A DNA stretch of 64,000 nucleotides. It comes from Gemmatimonadaceae bacterium (GTDB taxonomy: Bacteria; Gemmatimonadota; Gemmatimonadetes; Gemmatimonadales; Gemmatimonadaceae). Below are positions 9,585 through 19,176 of this stretch, piece after piece. Within the stretch, counting starts at the first letter, position 1. Each line of letters begins with the position of its first letter. The position numbers and the translations under genes were made by a program. The notes beneath the pieces are model-generated. The model was given only the letters and a program-made list of their open reading frames with translations, searched no databases and was not told the origin of the DNA. The stretch is taken from the NCBI GenBank assembly GCA_030835125.1, contig JAUQWM010000050.1:7341-71340 (forward strand), in the 5' to 3' direction.

Positions 9585-10586
9585 ATGAACAAGGCTCGCA
9601 CACTGCTGCTGACAGGTGTCCCGATGCTGGTCGCTGCGCTGTCGCTGGTGACGCCGGTGTCAGCACAGCGGGGGTCGCTCCCGAGGACCACTACCCCGCT
9701 CCCCAAGACGGACGTCAACCGGAATCCGACGATCACCAACCCGCTGCCGCCGAACACTGGACGCTACCGCGTGCTGTTGACGGGATTCGCCGCTGCCAAG
9801 GAAACGGTCGACGATCCGCGCGACTTCGACGGAGCAAAGGACGAGGTCTACGCCGTCGGAGCCTTCGCGCTGTTCGATCGCCGTGACAGCCACCTGATTT
9901 CCCAGCCGGCAATCATGAAGACTCGCGAATACGGCGACCGGAGCAAGGCGGAATTCCAGGCTCGCGCACAAGCCGGTTCAGCAAGTCCGAGCGGTGGCAT
10001 CTGGGGCGGCGGACGGGGGCCGGACTACGTTCCGCGCGAGTTCGATCCACGCTCCGCGGGTCTTCCGGTGCCGTCTCCGTATCAGTTCCCCCTGCTGCTC
10101 TTCGAGGGGGGGTTGTCCGACGGTGTCGAGGCACTGCTCGTCGCTCCGTCCTTGTGGGAGTCCGACAACTCTCCGGAGCCCTACAATCAGTACGCGAGGA
10201 ACTGGCAGACTGGAGGTATGCACGTGGTCATCAGATCGCCTGCCGTACAGAACCAGCTGCGCACCAACGTGCTCACGCCGATGGTACTGCCGGACGTGCC
10301 CGGCGTGAGGATCGCGAACATGCTGGCCGCGGTCTTCTCCGGCGGTTTGATCGGCAGCTACTCCTGGCTGATGCCGTTGATGGCAACGACGGACCGGCCG
10401 ATCGGGTTGGCGCCGATGCAGCAAGCGGCACACTACCAGGACCGCGTTGTCGTGATCACGCGCGAGAAGCTCACCGCGCTGACACCGGGAACGGGCACCA
10501 CGATCGCGATTCCATTCGGAGAGCCGATGGACAACGTGCTCAACGGCATGTACACGCTGTATCTCCGCGTGGAGCGCATACAGTGA
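9585..10586 (+). CDS. Secreted hypothetical protein
   Basis: A strong Shine-Dalgarno (AAGGAGA) lies 4 nt upstream of the ATG. Signal peptide MNKARTLLLTGVPMLVAALSLVTPVSAQ. I recognise no domain. Confidence 0.6.
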   Translation: MNKARTLLLTGVPMLVAALSLVTPVSAQRGSLPRTTTPLPKTDVNRNPTITNPLPPNTGRYRVLLTGFAAAKETVDDPRDFDGAKDEVYAVGAFALFDRRDSHLISQPAIMKTREYGDRSKAEFQARAQAGSASPSGGIWGGGRGPDYVPREFDPRSAGLPVPSPYQFPLLLFEGGLSDGVEALLVAPSLWESDNSPEPYNQYARNWQTGGMHVVIRSPAVQNQLRTNVLTPMVLPDVPGVRIANMLAAVFSGGLIGSYSWLMPLMATTDRPIGLAPMQQAAHYQDRVVVITREKLTALTPGTGTTIAIPFGEPMDNVLNGMYTLYLRVERIQ

Positions 10587-11152
10587 CGCCTGACGCTCGC
10601 GCGGCGCGCGCCGCGATCACCATCGCCGCGCTTCCGGCGAGCGAAGCCGGGGCATGCGCCGTCGATCGACGCACGTTCCTTCAGGACTCGGTCGCGGTGG
10701 TCGCCCTCGGCGCACCCGGATCGTGGGCGGCGTGGCGGGAGGCCATCGCGCGGTCGCATGAACAGCGACGGCCCCTGCTGACCGAAGAGACGTTCAACGC
10801 TCATGTCCAGTCGATCCGCAGCCAGGGCGCGACCGCTGAGCGCGACTTCGTCACCGCCGTGCGCAGCGACGTGCGGGCCCTGTTGCGCGGGCGCTTCGCC
10901 CTCACGGCGGTCCAGGAACGCAACATCGCCGCCTTTTCGACGGCTGACATTGCGACCATCGTGAGCGCCGTCGACCGCGGCTTCCTGCCGCGCAATGCCT
11001 TTCGCCTGCGCCTGGTGTCGTCCCGCGTCGCAGTGAGGCCTGGCATGGACAGGAAGGCGTCGGCTGAGTGCGACGTCACGGCCGAGCGAAGCGCGACGCA
11101 GTTGCCCGACGGCGCAATCGCCGAGGTCTGGACGGTGGTGATCGCGCCGTGA
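10583..11152 (+). CDS. Hypothetical protein with Tat-like signal (RRTFLQDSVAVVALGA)
   Basis: GTG at 10583 overlaps the upstream stop (GTGA). A twin-arginine-like motif, DRRTFLQ, is followed by a hydrophobic stretch. The 5' part of track ORF 10154..11152 overlaps the previous gene out of frame and was trimmed. Confidence 0.45.
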   Translation: MTPDARAARAAITIAALPASEAGACAVDRRTFLQDSVAVVALGAPGSWAAWREAIARSHEQRRPLLTEETFNAHVQSIRSQGATAERDFVTAVRSDVRALLRGRFALTAVQERNIAAFSTADIATIVSAVDRGFLPRNAFRLRLVSSRVAVRPGMDRKASAECDVTAERSATQLPDGAIAEVWTVVIAP

Positions 11153-11264
11153 GCGCCAACCAGTACCCGACGTCGTGTCCAATGGCCAGGACACCTGGAA
11201 GCCAGCGGTGTCGCTCATCCGGGGACGCCGGAAACACTCACCCATTCGCGCGAGGAAGTCTGCC

Positions 11265-12182
11265 ATGAAACGCTACCGGTGGCTCGGCGCAATCCTGATC
11301 GCCGCCACGGCGGGGTCCGCCGACGCGCAAGGCATCGGTGGCCTCATCAGGAAGAAAGTCGACGAGGCCATCAAGCCGAAGGAGCCGGTGGCCGCGAAAG
11401 CCGATGCCTCCACGGACGGCTCTACCCTCGGGTTCGAGCTTACCGAAAAGGTCTTCGATTCGTTCAAGAGCGCGCTCCGCCTCGAGGTGCGCATGCGCGA
11501 CGACTTTCGCGCGCGCCTCGCCAAGGTCAAGACGCCGGAGGAGTTCAGCAGATGTACGAACGAACTCGCCACGTCGGCCGATGCACAGAAGGCGATGACC
11601 GATTACACCACAGCGATCGGAAAGGCCAGCACTGACGCCGAGTCGCAGCAGGCGACGACGAGTTACTACGCCAGGCTGACAGAGCTTCATGTCGCGAAAT
11701 GCGGAGAGAATCCGCAGGAAGTCAACGCACAACGACAAGCCCAGGCATTCGGCCTTGCAGAGGACGCGGCCATCAGGGAGTTCGCCAGGGGCGTCAACCG
11801 GCCGCCGAACGATGACGAGCACCACCCCTCTGCGGCGGTAGATGTCCCGGACACCGACGCGTGTCCCGGCGGGTACCTGGCTCCGGACGCCTCCGATCTC
11901 GAGCCGTGCGACGTGGCGGCGCCGATCGCACCCCGGTATCCCGCGCCTCTCGTTGCCGACACCATCACACTCGACGCCGCGCAGGGACGATACCGGATAC
12001 TGGTCGAATGGGTCGAGAAGTTCTGCAGCATGTCCACGGAAACCCGGGCCGAGGCGGCCAGGATGGGCATTCGTATCGCCGGCACGGGCAACAACATCTT
12101 CTGGGTCTACACCGCCCGCGAGGCGCAGTGGCTGAACAAGGACTGCGACGAGCTGAAGAAACTCTTTGCGGCGCGGCAATGA
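11265..12182 (+). CDS. Secreted hypothetical protein (helical N-terminal half)
   Basis: SD GAGGAAG lies 6 nt upstream of ATG 11265. Signal peptide MKRYRWLGAILIAATAGSADAQ. No recognisable domain. Confidence 0.55.
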   Translation: MKRYRWLGAILIAATAGSADAQGIGGLIRKKVDEAIKPKEPVAAKADASTDGSTLGFELTEKVFDSFKSALRLEVRMRDDFRARLAKVKTPEEFSRCTNELATSADAQKAMTDYTTAIGKASTDAESQQATTSYYARLTELHVAKCGENPQEVNAQRQAQAFGLAEDAAIREFARGVNRPPNDDEHHPSAAVDVPDTDACPGGYLAPDASDLEPCDVAAPIAPRYPAPLVADTITLDAAQGRYRILVEWVEKFCSMSTETRAEAARMGIRIAGTGNNIFWVYTAREAQWLNKDCDELKKLFAARQ

Positions 12183-13012
12183 CCCTGTTCACGGTTCGCT
12201 TCATCATCGCCGCCGCGACGCTGTGGCAGCCGGTCCGCCCAGGCGTCTGGGTTCGCGAAATGCGGATGGCGGAGCACGGAGCCCTCTCCGTCGTGCGCGT
12301 GACGGCAGTGCGGCTCGATCCGGCTGCCGTGCGCTTCGCGCTCGACTCGGCGACCCGCGACTACGGCACGCGCGGCGCGTGGACGGTCGAGCGACTGCCG
12401 CCGAACGGGCTCCTCGCCGTCAACACCGGCCAGTTCATCGGTGGTGTGCCCTGGGGCTGGGTCGTGTCCGACGGTGGCGAGACGAGCGCGCCGGGTCAGG
12501 GCCGCCTGGCGATGTCGTTCGTGGTCGACAGCGCCGGCGTTGCATCACTCCTCGTGCCGGCCGACGTCGAGGCCGCGCGCGGGCACGTCAGGCTGGCGCT
12601 GCAGTCCTACCCCGCCCTGCTCATCGACGGCGAGCTGCCGTGGGAGCTGCGCGCGCCGGGGCGAGGCGCGAACCTCGACCATCGCGACACACGCCTCGCC
12701 ATCGGCACGCTTGCCGACGGCTCGGTCGTTGTCGCGATCACGCGGCTCAACGTCCTCGGCTCCACGGGCGAGACGCTCCCCTGGGGGCCAACCGTCGTCG
12801 AGATGGCGGAGTTCATGCGATCGCTGGGCTGCCGGCGCGCGATGCTGCTCGACGGAGGCATCTCGAGCCAGATGGCGTTTCGAGACAGGGACGGCTCCAT
12901 CCGGCGCTGGACCAACTGGCGCAAGGTGCCCCTCGGGCTGGTGGTCACCTCGCGGGCGGATCACGCGGCCGGCAATCCGCCTGCCACACTTTCGATGCAG
13001 AGGCCACGATGA
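12179..13012 (+). CDS. Phosphodiester glycosidase family protein (DUF2233/NAGPA-like)
   Basis: ATG 12179 overlaps the upstream stop (ATGA). Motifs NTGQF, LQSYPALLIDGE, HRDTRLAIGTLADGSVVVAIT and AMLLDGGISSQM match the phosphodiester glycosidase family pattern. Confidence 0.65.
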   Translation: MTLFTVRFIIAAATLWQPVRPGVWVREMRMAEHGALSVVRVTAVRLDPAAVRFALDSATRDYGTRGAWTVERLPPNGLLAVNTGQFIGGVPWGWVVSDGGETSAPGQGRLAMSFVVDSAGVASLLVPADVEAARGHVRLALQSYPALLIDGELPWELRAPGRGANLDHRDTRLAIGTLADGSVVVAITRLNVLGSTGETLPWGPTVVEMAEFMRSLGCRRAMLLDGGISSQMAFRDRDGSIRRWTNWRKVPLGLVVTSRADHAAGNPPATLSMQRPR

Positions 13013-14304
13013 ACCGACTTCACCAGGTGGTTGCAGCGATGACGGTCGCGGTCATTGGCGCCACGGCGACCCCCACGACCGCCTCCTCGCAGGGACTTGG
13101 TTCGCTCCGACGCAAGGCGGAGGAAGCCAGGAAGGCGCTGGACGCCAGGAATGCCGCCGATTCTGCCGCGAAAGCGAAGGCCGCGGCCGACAGTGCCGCC
13201 AGCGCCGCCCGGACGACCGCCATCTCCGACAGCATCCGCGCCAGGGCGGCCGCCGATTCGGCCAGGGCCGCAGCACCGTCGGGCACTCCCGCCGCCACAC
13301 AGGCTCCTGCGAGCGCAGGCGCTCGACCTGTGCAGGTCTGGGACAACTACGACTTCGTGCCGGGAAGCAAGGTGCTGTTCTACACCGACTTCAGCGAAGA
13401 CAAGGTCGGTAACTTCGCCCGCGGACTGAAATACCGGAGCGGTCCGATCGAGGTCGTCGAACGCGACGGCGCCAAGGCGCTCCGCAGCACGGGTCGCTCC
13501 ACGTTCCTGATCCCGCTCGGGAAGAAGCTCCCGGAGCGTTTCACGCTGGAGATCGACGTCATCGCGCCAAGGGAGCAGTGCTGCGGCTACGAGGTGATGA
13601 CGTTCGAGGGTGGGCCCGAACTGGACCGAGGGGAGAAGTCCGCGGAGGTCATCTGGCATCCGACTGCGACCATGATCTTCGGCGGTGGACAGGACGCCAG
13701 GAGTCAATCAAAGATCCCCGACGCGATGCAGGCCCAGTTGCTCGGTCAGGTGGCGCACGTTCGCGTGCTCATGGACAGCGCCTACTTCAAGATGTACACG
13801 AACGAGCGGCGCATGCACAACATCCCCGAGCTCCACTTCCGGCGCGACTCGGTGCTCCGCGTCTTCGTGAACGGGTTCGCGGAGAACGACCTCGCCGTCT
13901 ATATAACGAGCATCCGCGTCGCCGAGAGCGACACCGACGTGCTGTACGACGCGCTGTCGGCCAGGGGGCGCTGGGCGACGCAGGGCATCCTCTTCGCGAC
14001 CGGGAAGGCCGAGCTCAAGCCCGAGTCGCGTCCCGTGTTGAAGGAGATCGCGGCGACGATGAAGCAGCACGGCGATCTCACCATTTTGATCGAAGGCCAC
14101 ACCGACAACGTCGGCACGTCGGCCGGCAACCTGGCCCTGAGCAGTGCGCGTGCCGCCGCCGTCAAGGCGGCGCTGGTGGCCGACTTCGGGATCGACGGCG
14201 CCCGCATGACCACGAAGGGGCTGGGCGACACCGCACCGGCCGTGCCGAATGCCACCGCAACCGGTCGTGCACAGAACCGGCGTGTGGAGATCGTCAGGCA
14301 GTGA
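13009..14304 (+). CDS. OmpA-family protein (signal peptide, Ala-rich low-complexity region, unknown central domain, C-terminal OmpA peptidoglycan-binding domain)
   Basis: ATG 13009 overlaps the upstream stop (ATGA). The C-terminus FATGKAELKPESRPVLKEIAATMKQHGDLTILIEGHTDNVGTSAGNLALSSARAAAVKAALV...NRRVEIV is a canonical OmpA_C domain. Confidence 0.8.
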   Translation: MNRLHQVVAAMTVAVIGATATPTTASSQGLGSLRRKAEEARKALDARNAADSAAKAKAAADSAASAARTTAISDSIRARAAADSARAAAPSGTPAATQAPASAGARPVQVWDNYDFVPGSKVLFYTDFSEDKVGNFARGLKYRSGPIEVVERDGAKALRSTGRSTFLIPLGKKLPERFTLEIDVIAPREQCCGYEVMTFEGGPELDRGEKSAEVIWHPTATMIFGGGQDARSQSKIPDAMQAQLLGQVAHVRVLMDSAYFKMYTNERRMHNIPELHFRRDSVLRVFVNGFAENDLAVYITSIRVAESDTDVLYDALSARGRWATQGILFATGKAELKPESRPVLKEIAATMKQHGDLTILIEGHTDNVGTSAGNLALSSARAAAVKAALVADFGIDGARMTTKGLGDTAPAVPNATATGRAQNRRVEIVRQ

Positions 14305-14559
14305 GGGCGTGAGTCTCGAGCTCCGATTCGCAGGGTAGCACGGCGAGGTGTCTGCGCGGCGCGCCTGACGGGGTATGCCCGCGCGGGGCCCCACCATCTC
14401 CCCTGCCACAGCCCTCGTTCCGGGCGGTAAGAGGTCTCAGGTGAGGGATAACCCGGCTGAACGGTCCCTGATTCTCAGCGGGATTTCGCGCGCAAGGCCC
14501 TTCCGCGCCGTGCAATGCGGGATAAGAATCGTGCACCTCTCCCCGCCGTGATCCCCGCC

Positions 14560-17500
14560 ATGCCCAAGACGATTCGCCTGATCGGACTCGCCCTCTCGCT
14601 GCTCCCCGCCACGCACGCAGCCGGCCAGCCTGCCCGCACACCGCCACGGTCTGCTGCACCGGCGCCAGCGGTCGACTCGGTGCTGTTCAACAGCCTGCGC
14701 TTCCGGCTGCTCGGTCCGTTTCGCGGTGGCCGGTCCACCGCCGTCGCGGGCTTCGCCGCCCAGCCGCACACGTTCCTCGTCGGCTCCACCGGCGGCGGCG
14801 TCTGGAAGACCGAGGACGCTGGCATGTCGTGGAAGAACATCACGGACGGATTTTTCGGCGGATCCATTGGCGCCGTCGACATCGCCGACTCGGACCCCAA
14901 CGTCATCTACGTTGGCACGGGCTCGGCGGATATCCGCGGCAACTCATCGGCCGGCCGCGGTGTCTGGAAGTCTGTTGACGCGGGCGCAACGTGGGTCTTC
15001 GTGGGCTTGCCCGAGTCCGGCGCCATCCGCCGCATCGAGGTCCACCCGACCAACCCGGACCTCGTCTACGTGGCCGCGCTCGGCCATCCGTTCGGGAAGA
15101 ATCCCGAGCGCGGCGTGTTCCGGTCGAAGGACGGCGGTAAGACCTGGGATCACGTGCTGGCGCTGAATGACTCGACCGGCATGTCGGACCTGGCGATGAA
15201 TCCGAAGAACCCTCGCGTCCTGTACGCCGCGGCGTGGCGCGCCGAACGCAAGCCGTGGACGCTGATCTCCGGTGGGCCGGAGGGTGGCGTCTACCAGTCC
15301 ACCGACGGCGGCGACACCTGGAAGAAGCTTGGTGGTGGATTGCCAACCGGCATCGTCGGCAAGATCGGCGTGACCGTCTCGGCAGCGAACCCGGATCGCG
15401 TCTGGGCGATGATCGAGGCCGAGCCTGACGGCGGGGTGTACCGAACGGACGACGCCGGGAAGACGTGGACCCGGACGAACAGCGAGAACAAGCTCCGCCA
15501 GCGGGCGTGGTACTACACGCGCATCGTGGCCGACCCGGTCGACGAGAACACGGTCTACGGACTGAACGTGCAGATGTTCCGCTCGGTCGACGGCGGCAAG
15601 ACGTTCGATGTGATCAACGTGCCGCACGGCGACACCCACGACCTCTGGATCAACCCGGCCAACCGGAACGTCATGGTGCTGGGCGACGATGGCGGCGGCG
15701 TGGTCTCGGTCAACCGCGGGAAGACGTGGTCGTCGATGAACCTGCAGCCGACCGCGGAGTTCTATGATGTGGTGGTCGACAACGGGTTCCCGTATCGGGT
15801 GTATTCGTCACAGCAGGACAACACGAGCATCAGCCTGGCCGCGTGGCAGGGACCCCACCTCCTCCATCCGCTCGCGGATTGGCGGTATGCGTCGGCGTGC
15901 GAGACGGGGCCGGTGGCGCTGCATCCGGATCACCCCCAGGTGATGTACGGTGGGTGCTACGGCGGCGCGATCAGTCGCTGGGACACCGAGACCGACGAGC
16001 GCCGGACGGTGATCGTCTACCCGCAGCTCCAACTCGGCCAGGCGGCGAAGGACCTCAAGTACCGGTTCCAGTGGGTGTCGCCCATTCTCGTGTCGAAGCA
16101 CGACCGGAACACGGTTTACCACGCGTCGCAATACGTCCATCGCACGCGCGATGGCGGCATGAGCTGGGAGACGATCAGTCCGGACCTGACCACCAACGAC
16201 AAGACGAAACAGGAAGCGTCCGGCGGCCCGATCAACAACGACGTCACCGGCGTCGAGATCACCAACGTCATTTTTGCGCTGGCGGAGGATCCGGTCGACG
16301 CGCGGACGTTGTGGGCCGGCAGCGACGACGGTCGCCTCCACATCACGAGAGACGGCGGCACCTCGTGGCAGGACATCACACCACCCGGCATGCCGACGTA
16401 CGGCACGGTGGAGAACATCGACCTGTCCGCGCACCGGCCGGGGCGCGCGTTCGTGGGCGTACAGGCGTTCCGGCTGGACGACTTCCGGCCATACATCTTC
16501 AAGACCGAAGACTACGGCCGGACATGGACCCTGGTGGTGAATGGCATGGCGACGGGAAGTCCCGTGCGTTCGGTGCGCGAAGACCCGGTCAAGGATGGCG
16601 TTGCCTATGCCGGGACGGAACACGGCTTGTACGTCACGTTCGACGGCGGGCGTCGCTGGCAGGCGATGCAGCTCAACCTGCCCGTGTCGCCGATCGCGGA
16701 CATGCGCGTCCACCGCAACGATCTCGTCGTGGCGACGCAGGGGCGGTCGCTCTGGATCCTGGACGATCTCACGCCGTTGCATCAGCTGGCCGACGTCGCG
16801 TCAGGCGCGCGCGCGCACCTCTACACGCCGCGTGATGCCTGGCGAGTGCAGGTGGGCGGCGGCGGCGCAGGCGGCGTTGAAGCGGCGCCCGACCCCGCAC
16901 CGGCCGGCGCCATCATCCAGTACTACCTGGCGACACCCGATTCGGCCATCCGGATCGAGATACTCGATGCCCGTGGCGCGAGTGTCCGCTCGTTCTCGAC
17001 GGACACCGCGGCGGCCCGGCAGAACGGCACGACGGTGCTGGCGATCCGGCGCGGCGGCAACCGGCTGATCTGGGACCTCACCTATGCCGGTCCCCGCTAT
17101 CCGAAGAACGCCGTCACGTGGGGATACACCGGCGGCGTGAAGGCTCCACCCGGTGCCTATCGCGTTCGCCTGACGGCCAACGGTGTGACCATGGAGAAAC
17201 CGTTCCGCGTGCTCGCGGACCCGCGCCTGACGGTGTCGCAGACCGACTACGATGAGCAGTTCCGGATCGCCATCGAGGTTCGCGACTCGATCACCTCGGT
17301 CACGAACGCCATCGAGACGATTCGCTCGCTGAAGGAACAGGCCGACCGGGCGCTCGAGCAGGCCGCACGCATCGAACGCACGAGCGACGTGAAGCCGATG
17401 GCGGACTCGCTCGCGTCCCGACTGACCGGCGTGGAAGGCGGCCTCATTCAAACGAAGAGCCAGAGTGGCCAGGACCCGATCCGGTTCGCCGGGAAGCTCG

Positions 17501-17739
17501 ACAACCAGCTCGCCGAGCTCTATGGCTACGTGACGGGACCGAGTGGCTACATCGCGGGTGGTGTCGAAGGTCGGCCCACGCGTGGCGCGCTGGAACGGCT
17601 CGCCGACCTGCAGCAGGTGTGGGCGCCGCTGCGCGCGCAGCTCCAGCAGATCATCGACCGGGATCTCGCCGCATTCAACGCGCTGCTCCAGCGGCTCGGC
17701 CTCGGCGCGATCGTTGTTCCGCGTCGGACGATCATGTGA
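14560..17739 (+). CDS. Sortilin/VPS10-type BNR (Asp-box) repeat protein, glycosyl-hydrolase-like
   Basis: Signal peptide MPKTIRLIGLALSLLPATHAAGQ. Repeated Asp-box motifs are present (SxDxGxTW: TEDAGMSW, SVDAGATW, SKDGGKTW, STDGGDTW, TDDAGKTW, SVDGGKTF, TRDGGMSW, TRDGGTSW, TEDYGRTW). Confidence 0.8.
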   Translation: MPKTIRLIGLALSLLPATHAAGQPARTPPRSAAPAPAVDSVLFNSLRFRLLGPFRGGRSTAVAGFAAQPHTFLVGSTGGGVWKTEDAGMSWKNITDGFFGGSIGAVDIADSDPNVIYVGTGSADIRGNSSAGRGVWKSVDAGATWVFVGLPESGAIRRIEVHPTNPDLVYVAALGHPFGKNPERGVFRSKDGGKTWDHVLALNDSTGMSDLAMNPKNPRVLYAAAWRAERKPWTLISGGPEGGVYQSTDGGDTWKKLGGGLPTGIVGKIGVTVSAANPDRVWAMIEAEPDGGVYRTDDAGKTWTRTNSENKLRQRAWYYTRIVADPVDENTVYGLNVQMFRSVDGGKTFDVINVPHGDTHDLWINPANRNVMVLGDDGGGVVSVNRGKTWSSMNLQPTAEFYDVVVDNGFPYRVYSSQQDNTSISLAAWQGPHLLHPLADWRYASACETGPVALHPDHPQVMYGGCYGGAISRWDTETDERRTVIVYPQLQLGQAAKDLKYRFQWVSPILVSKHDRNTVYHASQYVHRTRDGGMSWETISPDLTTNDKTKQEASGGPINNDVTGVEITNVIFALAEDPVDARTLWAGSDDGRLHITRDGGTSWQDITPPGMPTYGTVENIDLSAHRPGRAFVGVQAFRLDDFRPYIFKTEDYGRTWTLVVNGMATGSPVRSVREDPVKDGVAYAGTEHGLYVTFDGGRRWQAMQLNLPVSPIADMRVHRNDLVVATQGRSLWILDDLTPLHQLADVASGARAHLYTPRDAWRVQVGGGGAGGVEAAPDPAPAGAIIQYYLATPDSAIRIEILDARGASVRSFSTDTAAARQNGTTVLAIRRGGNRLIWDLTYAGPRYPKNAVTWGYTGGVKAPPGAYRVRLTANGVTMEKPFRVLADPRLTVSQTDYDEQFRIAIEVRDSITSVTNAIETIRSLKEQADRALEQAARIERTSDVKPMADSLASRLTGVEGGLIQTKSQSGQDPIRFAGKLDNQLAELYGYVTGPSGYIAGGVEGRPTRGALERLADLQQVWAPLRAQLQQIIDRDLAAFNALLQRLGLGAIVVPRRTIM

Positions 17740-18952
17740 GCGCCCCCATCACGCCCAGCTCCTGTCCGGTGCCGGGAGCGTCCTCTCCGCCGCCTTTCCT
17801 CGCGTCCGGAGCGTGGAGCGGCTTGTACGATCGCCCCTTCACGTTCTCAGGCGCAAAGAAGAAGTCGTACACGTACTGAAAATCGAAGTTGGTGGTGATG
17901 GCATCGATCTGTTGCTTGCCGACAGGATCGCGGAGGTCACCATCCCACCACACGACTATCCATTGCGGGCTGTCCGACTTCGCCAGCTCGGCCAGCCGGG
18001 GGTCCACCTTGTAGACGGGATACCGCTCCCCCGGACCGCCGCTCCCCTCGAAGGCGTCCTTGTAATTCTCGAGCAACGCGTCCGGCTGGAGCGAGAAGAC
18101 TTCGGCGGCCTCCTGGAGCCTCGCGGCATACTTCTCACGGTTCGCCGCGAGCAGGCTCAGTCGTCTCTGGTACCGCTCGTCAACCCCGGCCAGTGCCGTG
18201 GTCCGCGCCTTGCCTTCCGGCCAGCCCTTGATGGCGGACTCCCGCTCGGCCGCGTGCTTCCGCTCGATCGCTCCTGACAATGTCTCGATGTACTCCGCCC
18301 TGGTGACGGTCACGAACGGCAGCTTGTTGTCCTTCGCCAGCACCACGTAGGTCGCGTTGGCTCTCGTGCTCCTGAGCTGGTCGTTGAAGTACGTGATGTA
18401 GCGCTTCAGAGCGGGATGCTCGGAAAGGTCGTAGCGCTGCGATGCCTGCTTCGCCGCCTCCGGCCGATGGAAGTTCGGGAGCAGGAAGTAGTACTGCGAC
18501 GGCGTATTCAGCGAAATCAGCGGCTCGCCGAACACCAGGTTGGCCTGTATGGACCACGTCAGGTGGCTGTTGCTGAAAGGCACGAGCTTCCGGTTCGCGT
18601 CGTACTTCAGCTCGATGTACGTCTTGGCGTACGCCCCATAGGCCTGGGGAAGCGAGGCGTCATTCTGGCTGTGTGCACCGAGCCTGGGCGAGACGCTCCG
18701 TGTGACGTCGCCCAGCGCACCCTTCGGCGTGTAGCTGGCCTGGATCCAGTTAGCGATCGAATCTGCGATGGACAGTTGCGCGGGCGAGTAACGCTTGGTG
18801 TCGACCGTCATCGGAGCCCGCGCTCCGGTGAATTTGTAGACCTTCATCCAGCCAATCACGCTGTCCTGGAGCGATTGGCGGGGGACCTGCTGCGCGGTGG
18901 CGGTGGAGACGACAGCGGCCAGCAGGAACGGAACGAACCGGTGCGCTTTCAT
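17732..18952 (-). CDS. Secreted hypothetical protein
   Basis: Internal ATG with signal peptide MKAHRFVPFLLAAVVSTATAQQ. A 406-aa ORF with noticeably lower GC (about 55-62% in sampled lines) than its neighbours. It overlaps the convergent BNR gene by 8 nt. Confidence 0.6.
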   Translation of the reverse strand: MKAHRFVPFLLAAVVSTATAQQVPRQSLQDSVIGWMKVYKFTGARAPMTVDTKRYSPAQLSIADSIANWIQASYTPKGALGDVTRSVSPRLGAHSQNDASLPQAYGAYAKTYIELKYDANRKLVPFSNSHLTWSIQANLVFGEPLISLNTPSQYYFLLPNFHRPEAAKQASQRYDLSEHPALKRYITYFNDQLRSTRANATYVVLAKDNKLPFVTVTRAEYIETLSGAIERKHAAERESAIKGWPEGKARTTALAGVDERYQRRLSLLAANREKYAARLQEAAEVFSLQPDALLENYKDAFEGSGGPGERYPVYKVDPRLAELAKSDSPQWIVVWWDGDLRDPVGKQQIDAITTNFDFQYVYDFFFAPENVKGRSYKPLHAPDARKGGGEDAPGTGQELGVMGALT

Positions 18953-19176
18953 GCGCTGGTCTCCATGAGATGGCAGTCGACCTGATGGCATCCTCCCTGC
19001 TACAATCGCGCCATGGACAAGGCGTGGTCAACCGCCCCCAGTCAATCCGGGCACGAATGTTGTCTGTTGAGGTCCTTGCTCGCCGGCACTCATCTTCGAC
19101 GCATGGGCAAGGGAGGAGAACCCTTCAACAGGCAGGTCACTGGGATCAGACAGACGCGCCACGTTATGTTCACCCG

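Noticed and set aside
8399-9757. A 452-aa minus-strand ORF.
   Set aside because: It is antisense to the second FN3-like gene and to the SD-supported start at 9585. It has Arg/Gly/Pro-rich composition and no recognisable motifs.
12166-13008. The N-terminal 281 codons of track ORF 12166..14304.
   Set aside because: It is out of frame with, and overlaps, the phosphodiester glycosidase gene, and the translation is Arg-rich junk. The real OmpA-family gene starts at 13009 with a signal peptide.
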